From NCBI GenBank assembly GCA_016188675.1, contig JACPHJ010000152.1:39372-71371 (forward strand): DNA of 32,000 nucleotides. Reading direction: 5' to 3'. Every line of letters begins with the position of its first letter. Within the stretch, counting starts at the first letter, position 1. Both the position numbers and the translations under genes were made by a program. Under the pieces are notes generated by a model. It was not told where the DNA came from. It did not search any database and saw only the letters and a program-made list of their open reading frames with translations. Positions 16,567-24,293 of this stretch are shown piece by piece. Source of the stretch: Planctomycetota bacterium. GTDB taxonomy: Bacteria > Planctomycetota > Brocadiia > Brocadiales > Brocadiaceae.

Positions 16567-17802
16567 ATGAAAAAAAGAGTCGTTATTACAGGCTTAGGTG
16601 TTGTATCTCCTCTAGGATGTGGCAAAGAAGCCTTCTGGAATAACCTTATAGAGGGAAAGTCAGGTATTGCACCAATGACCTCTCTTGACCTCTCTCCCTA
16701 TAAATGCAAGCTCGGAGGCGAGGTTAGAGACCTGCATCCTGAGATACACCTGGGAAGCAAGGGACTAAAATACTTAAACAAAGGCACACGTTTTTTAGGC
16801 TCTGCCTCTAAGATGGCCATTGACGATGCAAAGATACCGCAGGACGGTTCCTTATCGAATCGTATGGGTATTGTCATAGGCTCATCTCTCGGAAATTTTT
16901 CTGAAACGACAGATTACTTCTACGAAATAATCCGTAATAATCCATCCGAGTTGTCACCCATGCTCAGTTATGACGTTGCTTTAAATTCTTCCATTAACTA
17001 TGTCTCGGTCATCTTTAAAATAAAGGGACTCGCGCGCACCATTTCTGCGGGTTTTACGTCTAGTACAGACGCAATAGGTGATGCCTATAAAATGATTCAG
17101 AGAGATATGGCAAAGGTAATTGTGGCTGGCGGTGTCGAGCAGATTTCCATTGATTTATATCTCATATTCTATTTACGGGGCTTGCTGTCCGGCCTTGATA
17201 GTACAAAAGAGGCAAGCACACCATTTGATAAGGACAGAAATGGCTTTGTCATGGCTGAAGGCAGTTACGTAGTTATTCTCGAAGAGCTCCAGCATGCCAT
17301 TGACCGGGGAGCGCATATCTATGCAGAGATAAAGGGATTTGGAAATACCTTTGTAGGAGGCAAAAACCATCCGGCAGATGAAAGAATTCGTCGGGCCGAA
17401 AAGGCTATGCACGGCGCTTTAGAAGACGCGGAAGTTAAAAAAGAAGACGTTGATTTCATCAGTGCAAATGCGAACGGATGCAAGATACAGGATGCAGTCG
17501 AGGCAAAGGCAATCCAATCATTATTCGGCGCAGGCAGCAATCGTATTCCAGTATCTGCAATAAAATCAAACATCGGCGAATCGTACGGGTCCGCAGGCGC
17601 AGCACAACTCATTTCATCGCTCATGTCAATAAACACAGGTCAAATACCGCACATCATCAATCACAACAACAAAGATCCAGAAATCAGTCTGAATCTTATC
17701 ATAGAAAAACCCCTCAAAAAAGAAATCCAAAACGCAATAATAAATAACATGGATTATGATGGAAATAATTCATGTCTGGTAATAAGCAAGTGTAGCAAAT
17801 AA
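16567..17802 (+). CDS. Ketosynthase-fold paralog lacking the Cys-His-His triad (chain-length-factor-like / KS-beta-like)
   Basis: Thiolase/KS fold motifs are retained (VVITGLGVVSPLG, DKDRNGFVMAEGS). The active-site positions read SAGFTSSTDAI (no Cys), GNTFVGGKNHP (no HxTAP), SANANGC (His to Asn) and KSNIGESYG (His to Glu). Confidence 0.85.
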   Translation: MKKRVVITGLGVVSPLGCGKEAFWNNLIEGKSGIAPMTSLDLSPYKCKLGGEVRDLHPEIHLGSKGLKYLNKGTRFLGSASKMAIDDAKIPQDGSLSNRMGIVIGSSLGNFSETTDYFYEIIRNNPSELSPMLSYDVALNSSINYVSVIFKIKGLARTISAGFTSSTDAIGDAYKMIQRDMAKVIVAGGVEQISIDLYLIFYLRGLLSGLDSTKEASTPFDKDRNGFVMAEGSYVVILEELQHAIDRGAHIYAEIKGFGNTFVGGKNHPADERIRRAEKAMHGALEDAEVKKEDVDFISANANGCKIQDAVEAKAIQSLFGAGSNRIPVSAIKSNIGESYGSAGAAQLISSLMSINTGQIPHIINHNNKDPEISLNLIIEKPLKKEIQNAIINNMDYDGNNSCLVISKCSK

Positions 17803-17871
17803 ATAATGTAATGCTTATTGATTGTGTTGTTTTATTATATTAACCGTCTTAAATAAGTTGACATTGAATGC

Positions 17872-17937
17872 TTGTCATTCCGAGCGGAGCGAGGAATCTT
17901 AAGATTTCTCAGTCGCTCTGCTCCTTCGAAATGACAA
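17872..17937. repeat. REP-like imperfect inverted repeat (TTGTCATTCCGAGCGGAGCGAGGAATC ... CGAAATGACAA)
   Basis: Perfect 8-bp outer arms TTGTCATT/AATGACAA with partially complementary GAGCGGAGCGA / TCGCTCTGCTC inside. Lies 70 nt after the KS-like stop. Confidence 0.6.
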
Positions 17938-18206
17938 CTTTCTTTTGTCGTTCGTTATAGATAAGATGAAATAGATAAAGGATTCGATGCCAGTGTAACT
18001 ACGACAGAAAATGCAAAATAACAAAATCAAACAATTATCATGATCCGTATAATATTCAAATTTTATCGTTACATAGAAATTATCAAATGCTTTTCAACAC
18101 GATTCTGATAGTTCCACATGAAATTGAAATATCATAAATAAGTCATTGGTAATTCATAGAATAAAGATAAATGTTATACGGACAAAAAATTTCAAAACCA
18201 TAAAAA

Positions 18207-18971
18207 ATGTTTGACACTCACTCAGTACACAAGAAGCCAGCAAATTCACGTCAAAAAATGTGGCGTTATATGACATACGAAAAACTCATGCAGACAATTG
18301 AAGAGGAGGTGATGTACTTTTCAAATATCACCCAAATGGGAGATAATTGGGAAGGGCTGCTGACGAAAAAGACGAGAGAAATGTTTTGGAGGTCTGAGCT
18401 TGCGAAATACAATGGAAATATGGAAGCAGCAGAAGGTTCAGTCAGACGGTACGAAGAATTTAGGAAGGATTTTTACATAAACTGTTGGCACATGAATGAT
18501 CATGAGTCTTACCTGATGTGGAAGGTTTACGCGAACAAAGGTTGTGCCATTCAAACTAACTATGAACGGCTCTCGGCTTCTTTCGAGGCTACGCCAGCTA
18601 AAATTGAAGGTTGTGTTGTCGAATATATCGATTATGAAAGAGACTATTTCAGTATAGGAAACACGTATACTCAAGTTGGTTACAAGGACATTCCGTACCG
18701 AGATGAGCGTGAGTACAGACTTCTATTTTGGAAGTCCGGTCTAGAAAACCAAAAGCTCAATGCAGGAGACAAAGGCATAAAAATACAAGTAGACCTAAGA
18801 ATGCTTATTGATAATATTTACCTCAACCCCAATCATCTACCCGATTACAGTGAATTGGAGAGTTTGATAAAGAAAAAGAGGTTAGACTGTGATATCAAAA
18901 ACACGAAAATCATGGAAAATAATGTACGCCCGTCCAAAGTGGTAAATTATCACATCTTAAAAGTTAAATAA
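18207..18971 (+). CDS. DUF2971-like protein, function unknown
   Basis: N-terminal MWRYMTYEKLMQTIEEEVMYFSNITQMGDNWEG matches the DUF2971 pattern (W/Y-R-Y-M..ekf..ll....l.F......D..EG). Isolated in AT-rich DNA. An alternative start lies at 18258. Confidence 0.6.
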   Translation: MFDTHSVHKKPANSRQKMWRYMTYEKLMQTIEEEVMYFSNITQMGDNWEGLLTKKTREMFWRSELAKYNGNMEAAEGSVRRYEEFRKDFYINCWHMNDHESYLMWKVYANKGCAIQTNYERLSASFEATPAKIEGCVVEYIDYERDYFSIGNTYTQVGYKDIPYRDEREYRLLFWKSGLENQKLNAGDKGIKIQVDLRMLIDNIYLNPNHLPDYSELESLIKKKRLDCDIKNTKIMENNVRPSKVVNYHILKVK

Positions 18972-19008
18972 TCGCATAATTCCCGTGATTTAACATTTGA
19001 GATGTGAC

Positions 19009-19043
19009 CCTCCACGCTTCCCTCCACACTTCCTCCACGCTTC
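19009..19043 (+). repeat. Tandem repeat CCTCCACGCTTC / CCTCCACACTTC / CTCCACGCTTC (3 units of about 12 nt)
   Basis: Read directly, 38 nt after the DUF2971 stop. Confidence 0.7.
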
Positions 19044-19133
19044 TTCAGTGGGTAGCCATTCCGGCGGAAAGAGTAAAAGTACTTTCATACAGGGTTCGTT
19101 AGTACTTTAATGTACAAGAATTTTCCAATCGAC

Positions 19134-19163
19134 TGTAGTGGCAAGGCGCGCCTTGCCACTACA
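19134..19163. repeat. Perfect 30-bp palindrome TGTAGTGGCAAGGCG|CGCCTTGCCACTACA
   Basis: Each half is the exact reverse complement of the other, with no loop. Confidence 0.8.
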
Positions 19164-19581
19164 ATGTTGTTAGTTGCCGAAGACCTTAATTATAAAGGGA
19201 AATTTCTTTGAATTAGTAACGAACGCTTACGCAACAAAAAAAAGAATACCACCATGCCGGATAATAAAGCAAGAAATTTTCCAGGTGGTAGTTTATATTT
19301 ATGACAAGACTTTTAAGATAGAATTTAACGTGGCAATTTACCACGCTGCCTCAAGAGATAAATACATATTCAGCCATTATCAGCTATTATGAAAGTGGGA
19401 AAAATATTCCTACTGCATATATAATCGCGACTTTTTACCTAGAAAATCACGGTTGTGGCACGCTAATCATACTTTTGGCATAATATTTGAGCTGTTTTTC
19501 TTTACTCGCATTTTGACCACACCTGAGATTTTGCTTTCATTTAACGTTTGTTCAGCAGTCTTAAAATCAAAGGAGAGAAAT

Positions 19582-20973
19582 ATGGCGCAGTCCGATGATA
19601 CAGACAAATACCTTTCAGTCAAGGTCTCTGACGACCTTATGAAGGTCTATTTAACGGTAAAACCCTTTGCAAAAGGGGGCGTTGATATCAACGTAAATGA
19701 CGTAATTCAAACCCTGCAGTCGAAAAATATTTCCTATGGAATAAAGGAAGAGGTTATCATGGCTACCCTGGATAAAGCCAGATTAAAAGACAGTGCCGTG
19801 GAGGATGTACTTATAGCAGAAGGAGACCAAACGATTTTTGGTGAAGACGGCAGGCTTGAATTTTTGTTTGACGTAGACAAGAAAATCAAGCCTCAAGAGG
19901 GCGCTCATGGTAAGATTGATTTTCACGAAGTGAGTATTATTGAGAATGTTGAAAAGGATCAACCCCTGGTAAAATTAATAGATCCAACTACCGGGAAGCC
20001 TGGGAAAAACGTATTTGGGAAAATGCTTAGCCCTGTACATGGGAAACCATGTGTACTCCCAATCGGTGAAAATACCAGGGTATCTGAGAAGGACTCGAAA
20101 TTGTTGGTATCCTGTGTCAGTGGAAATGTACGATATGCCGGTGGTGTTGTCTCTGTAAAGTCTTGCTGTACGGTCGAAAAGGACGTTGATTTTGGCGTGG
20201 GTAATATCACAAGCAAAGGAACTGTCGTTGTCAAAGGAAACGTAAGAAGCGGGTTTATTGTAGATGCGGTAGGAGATGTGGAGATTTGGGGTACGGTAGA
20301 AGATTCAATAATAAAGTCAAAGGGCAACGTCCTGATAAAAGGCGGTTTTATTGGTTCTGGTAAGGGAAAACTTGAGGCGGAGGGAGATGTAACCATTGGC
20401 TTTGCCAGGAATCAGACAATTGTGGCAACTAATGTAATAATATTACGAGAGGCAGTTGATTGTACAATCTATGCTAAAAATACCGTGAAGGTGACCGGGG
20501 ATAAGATATCCATCGAAGGTGGAATAACAACCTCAGGCGCAGTAATTGAAGTCGAATCATTGGGAAGTAAAAATGAGGTTCACACAGACATAGAAGTCGG
20601 CACTAACTACGCTGCACAGCAAAGTCAAATGAATACAAGGAGAGAGGTGAGTGGCTTAAAAGCTATTCTGAAAACGGTTGAAAAAGAACTCAACACATTG
20701 CATGCAATGAAGAAAGTGAAGGGGGAACTTCCGGCACAGTACATAAACACATTTGATCACCTCCTTTCCCGCAGGGAAGAGATAGTGAAAAAATTAAAAG
20801 ACCTTGCGAGCGAAGAAATAGTAGCTGTTAACAACGAAGCCAAAGTAGTGGTCAATAAGGTCGTTCATCCGGGAGTAGAGATTACGATTGGGGAATCAAC
20901 AATGACCATTCTTGAGGAATATAAAAAGACAACGTTCTATTTATCAGGAGATGAGATAAAAATCAAAAAATGA
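19582..20973 (+). CDS. FapA-family (DUF342) protein
   Basis: DKYLSVKVSDDLMKVYLTV, ISYGIKEE, GKPGKNVFGK, beta-helix-like repeats (G.V...G.V), a coiled coil, and C-terminal VVNKVVHPGVEITIGE. The ATG at 19582 has an AGGAGA SD. The ORF-track start at 19453 adds an implausible leader. Confidence 0.75.
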   Translation: MAQSDDTDKYLSVKVSDDLMKVYLTVKPFAKGGVDINVNDVIQTLQSKNISYGIKEEVIMATLDKARLKDSAVEDVLIAEGDQTIFGEDGRLEFLFDVDKKIKPQEGAHGKIDFHEVSIIENVEKDQPLVKLIDPTTGKPGKNVFGKMLSPVHGKPCVLPIGENTRVSEKDSKLLVSCVSGNVRYAGGVVSVKSCCTVEKDVDFGVGNITSKGTVVVKGNVRSGFIVDAVGDVEIWGTVEDSIIKSKGNVLIKGGFIGSGKGKLEAEGDVTIGFARNQTIVATNVIILREAVDCTIYAKNTVKVTGDKISIEGGITTSGAVIEVESLGSKNEVHTDIEVGTNYAAQQSQMNTRREVSGLKAILKTVEKELNTLHAMKKVKGELPAQYINTFDHLLSRREEIVKKLKDLASEEIVAVNNEAKVVVNKVVHPGVEITIGESTMTILEEYKKTTFYLSGDEIKIKK

Positions 20974-21167
20974 GCTTGTTATAGAAAATAGCCACAAAGT
21001 CACCGGATCAGCCAGAGCACGGTGCTCCATGCCCTCCTTTGCCGGTTCACCAATCCTTTATTATTGAATCACTATATCCCGCAATCTTTTTTTACAACAG
21101 AGCCGATTGAGTCGATACTGGAGTCACTTCCAAAAAAAGACGCTGTTTGTTTGTTTTCAGGATAAAC

Positions 21168-21196
21168 TTGACAAAAATTGTTGAGGTTCTTATAAT
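21168..21196 (+). promoter_or_regulatory. Perfect consensus sigma70-type promoter TTGACA-17 nt-TATAAT
   Basis: -35 at 21168-21173, -10 at 21191-21196. A second extended -10 (TGGTATAAT) lies at 21213-21221. Both point at the reductase gene about 220 nt downstream. Confidence 0.55.
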
Positions 21197-21419
21197 TCCA
21201 ACATGCCTGAAATGGTATAATTGCAGGCAGGATGCTGAAATGATGCCAAAAACAAGTTATATTGAATCTGCTAAACATTTTTTGAAAAACACATAGAATT
21301 TTGTACAATCCACATCAACTTACTCTTTTATCCTTGCGGAAAACATCCGTTATTGGCGTAGCAACGATTAAAGGGTCAACCTTTATAAACACCATCAAAA
21401 GATAATTTATAGAAAAAGC

Positions 21420-23444
21420 ATGAGCAAACTATTTGACAAAATACATATCGGCCAAATGACATTGAAAAACAGGATAATCATGTCCGCCATGGACCTGGGT
21501 TTTACTTCAGATGGCGCCATTAACGACCAGATTATCAACTTTTATATTGAGCGGGCAAAAGGGGGGGTAGGTCTTATTGTTGTTGGGGGTTGTTATCCCG
21601 AAATGAATGGCAAGGTCTGGAAGAGCATCATTGGGCTGGACAAGGACGAACTTATCCCCGGATTAAAAAGATTGACCGATGCAATTCGCCAGTATGACGT
21701 TCGTGTGGCCGCACAACTCCTTCATGCCGGTCGAAGCGCTTCATCCTTTTTCACAAAAATGCAGCCTGTTGCGCCGTCTGCCGTGGCATATAGAAGCATC
21801 AAAGAAGAGCCTCATGCCCTGACAATCCCTGAGATCAAAACGGTTATAAATAATTATGCAGGCGCCGCACTCAGGGCAAAAAAGGCCGGTTTTGATGCCG
21901 TGGAACTTCACGGTGGAATGGGTTATCTCATCAATCAGTTTCTTTCAAAGGCTACCAATAAACGCAACGACGAATATGGTGGAAGCCTTGAAAACAGAGT
22001 TCGTTTTGCGAAGGAAATGATTCTCGCGATAAAAGAAACTGTTGGAAAGGATTATCCCATCATCTTTCGAATGTCGGGAGACGACCTTGTAGAAGAAGGA
22101 CTAAAGATTGACGAAAGCGTTGAAATTGCCAAAATCCTTGAACAGGCAGGCGCCGACGCCTTTAACGTCTCTCCAGGCTGGCACGAAAGCAAGACCCCCA
22201 TTATGTTGATGTCTATTCCCAGGATGGCTTATGCATATCTTTCCGCGAAAGTTAAATCTCAGGTTACGGTTCCCGTGATTGCCTCGGTGCGGATAAACGA
22301 CCTCGAATTGGCAGAAGAAATATTGGATAATGAACAGGCGGATTTCGTGTCAATCGGTAGACCACTGATTGTTGATCCGGAACTGCCAAATAAATATAAA
22401 AATGGACAGTTTAATGATATCAGAACGTGTATTGCCTGTAATCAGGGGTGCTTTGATTCTTTGTTAAACTTTAAACACGTTTCCTGCACATATAATGCGA
22501 TGGTGGGACACGAAGGTGAATATAAAATAACCAAAACGGATAAACCAAAAAAGGTTGCAGTGGTGGGCGGTGGACCCGGTGGTATGGAGGCAGCCCGTGT
22601 CCTGGCATTGAGGGGACACCGTGTGACGCTGTACGAGAAAAATAATCAACTGGGCGGTCAATTGCGATATGCCTATATTCCTCCAGGACGAGAAGAAATA
22701 CAGAATATCATCACATATCTGGAAAGACAAATTTCAAAGCTCAAAGTAAACATAAAAATGGGAAGAGAGGCAGATTTGCAGACATTAGAGGAAGAACACC
22801 CTGACGCAGTAATCGTAGCTACAGGCGGACGCCCAATAATGCTCAATCTACCCGGAATAAAAGGAGAAAACGTTTATATTGCCGGCAGTGTGTTGGAAGG
22901 GAAAGTAACAACAGGGAAGGACGTCGTCATCATTGGCGGCGGAACGGTTGGATGTGAGGTGGCTTTGTATGTGGCCAAACAGGGAGCAATGAGGCCGGAT
23001 GTCGCCTGTTTTCTCCTTAAACATAAGGTGCTTGACGCCAAAGATATTGTTGAATTTACTTCGAAGGGAAACAGAAATATTACGCTCCTGGAAATGAAAA
23101 AAAAGGTGGGTGGTGGATTTGGTTTCTCCACACGATGGGTTATCCTCAATGAGCTGAAAGATGCAGGGATAAAAGAAATAACAGAGGTAAAGGTAAAAGA
23201 AATTATAAATAACCACGATGAAAATGGTCATAAAAATAGGGGAGTTGTGTACGAAAAGGACGGTCAGGAACATTTCATCAAGGCAGATACCGTAGTCATT
23301 GCCGTGGGATACGGGTCTAATAACGAACTCCAGAAACAGGTGGAAGGAAAATTTCCAGAAACTTACTTTATCGGAGACTGTGTCAAGGTGCGCACCGCAT
23401 TAGAAGCTATTCACGAAGGTTTTAAAGCAGCATTAAAAATATAG
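21420..23444 (+). CDS. 2,4-dienoyl-CoA reductase-like (FadH-type) OYE-family FMN/4Fe-4S oxidoreductase with a C-terminal FAD/NAD(P)-binding domain
   Basis: OYE N-terminus (IGQMTLKNRIIMSAM; QLLHAGR; ELHGGMGYLINQFLS..TN.R.DEYGGS). Cys cluster CIACNQGCFD...C. Dinucleotide fold VAVVGGGPGGMEAA. Confidence 0.88.
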   Translation: MSKLFDKIHIGQMTLKNRIIMSAMDLGFTSDGAINDQIINFYIERAKGGVGLIVVGGCYPEMNGKVWKSIIGLDKDELIPGLKRLTDAIRQYDVRVAAQLLHAGRSASSFFTKMQPVAPSAVAYRSIKEEPHALTIPEIKTVINNYAGAALRAKKAGFDAVELHGGMGYLINQFLSKATNKRNDEYGGSLENRVRFAKEMILAIKETVGKDYPIIFRMSGDDLVEEGLKIDESVEIAKILEQAGADAFNVSPGWHESKTPIMLMSIPRMAYAYLSAKVKSQVTVPVIASVRINDLELAEEILDNEQADFVSIGRPLIVDPELPNKYKNGQFNDIRTCIACNQGCFDSLLNFKHVSCTYNAMVGHEGEYKITKTDKPKKVAVVGGGPGGMEAARVLALRGHRVTLYEKNNQLGGQLRYAYIPPGREEIQNIITYLERQISKLKVNIKMGREADLQTLEEEHPDAVIVATGGRPIMLNLPGIKGENVYIAGSVLEGKVTTGKDVVIIGGGTVGCEVALYVAKQGAMRPDVACFLLKHKVLDAKDIVEFTSKGNRNITLLEMKKKVGGGFGFSTRWVILNELKDAGIKEITEVKVKEIINNHDENGHKNRGVVYEKDGQEHFIKADTVVIAVGYGSNNELQKQVEGKFPETYFIGDCVKVRTALEAIHEGFKAALKI

Positions 23445-23486
23445 AAATATGGCAAACATAAGCAAGTATTCTGAGGTTTTCTTGCA

Positions 23487-24293
23487 ATGAAAGATATTCG
23501 CATGAATCGTGGTGATAACTCCGGTTATAACAACATCGAGTTTGAAGAAATTTCTGGAGATAATGGCAAGGCTGTTGGCATTATCTACATGAAGAAACCA
23601 CCGCGAAACTCCATTGGATCATGGCTTCTCGACGCCATCTACAATAAAATGGATCAATACGAGGGCGATGATAAAATCGGAGCTATCGTTATTGCAAGCA
23701 AACTCAGAGGTGTCTTCAGCGACGGCGCAGACCGTGACGAACTCTTTGGCTCATGGATATCAGGACTTGTTGCAGAAAAGAACTATGAACGATTCCACCG
23801 CGCCCATGAGATGTTCGTGGAAATTGAAAATTGCAAAAAGCCCGTTGTTGCCGCTATTAACGGCGTTACTATCGGCGCAGGCCTGGAACTCGCCATGTTG
23901 TGTGACCTGCGTATTGCATCAGAACTTTCCTTCTTTAGCCTTCCGGAAGCAAAACCGGAACTCAGCATTATTCCCGGCCTGGGTGGTACTCAGCGTTTGC
24001 CTCGTTATATTGGCGCTGCACGCGCCAAGGAAATGCTGTTCCTGGGCAAGATGATCCGTGCCGAGACGGCATTGGAGTGGGGTCTCATTAACCAGATTGC
24101 GCCGCATAAAGAAGTGTTAGACCAAACCATAGAGATTGCAAAAATTCTCTTAGAACGTGATGCACGTGCGTTAAAGGAAATGAAAAAGTGTATTAACTTT
24201 GCCGTAGAGAATGATATCCTGAAGGGCATCGAATATGAGGTAGGTCTCTTTGCTGAGATGATGCGATTGAAGCTTTTACATAAAAGTAAATAA
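23487..24293 (+). CDS. Enoyl-CoA hydratase/isomerase (crotonase superfamily)
   Basis: AAINGVTIGAGLELAMLCDLRIA and LPEAKPELSIIPGLGGTQRLPR. Both catalytic Glu positions are present. Confidence 0.88.
   Translation: MKDIRMNRGDNSGYNNIEFEEISGDNGKAVGIIYMKKPPRNSIGSWLLDAIYNKMDQYEGDDKIGAIVIASKLRGVFSDGADRDELFGSWISGLVAEKNYERFHRAHEMFVEIENCKKPVVAAINGVTIGAGLELAMLCDLRIASELSFFSLPEAKPELSIIPGLGGTQRLPRYIGAARAKEMLFLGKMIRAETALEWGLINQIAPHKEVLDQTIEIAKILLERDARALKEMKKCINFAVENDILKGIEYEVGLFAEMMRLKLLHKSK

Noticed and set aside
19009-19043. Considered whether the 12-mer repeats, or any other repeats in the window, form a CRISPR array.
   Set aside because: The units are directly abutting with no spacers, there are only three copies, and no cas genes are present. 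It is not a CRISPR array.
19174-19392. 72-aa ORF on the + strand in the gap before the FapA gene.
   Set aside because: No SD and no motif, and it starts with TTG in AT-rich DNA. Likely spurious, although this gap (18972-19581) remains unexplained.
20974-21070. Possible terminator after the FapA gene (GAGCACgGTGCTC palindrome and CACCGG...CCGGT arms).
   Set aside because: The central palindrome leaves a 1-nt loop, the outer arms are short and imperfect, and there is no U-tract.
21072-21308. 78-aa ORF on the - strand overlapping the consensus promoter.
   Set aside because: It lies antisense to a perfect -35/-10 pair pointing the other way and has no protein-family features.
23614-24054. 146-aa alternative-frame ORF on the + strand, and several - strand ORFs, inside the crotonase gene.
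   Set aside because: The crotonase frame carries all family motifs. The overlapping frames have none.
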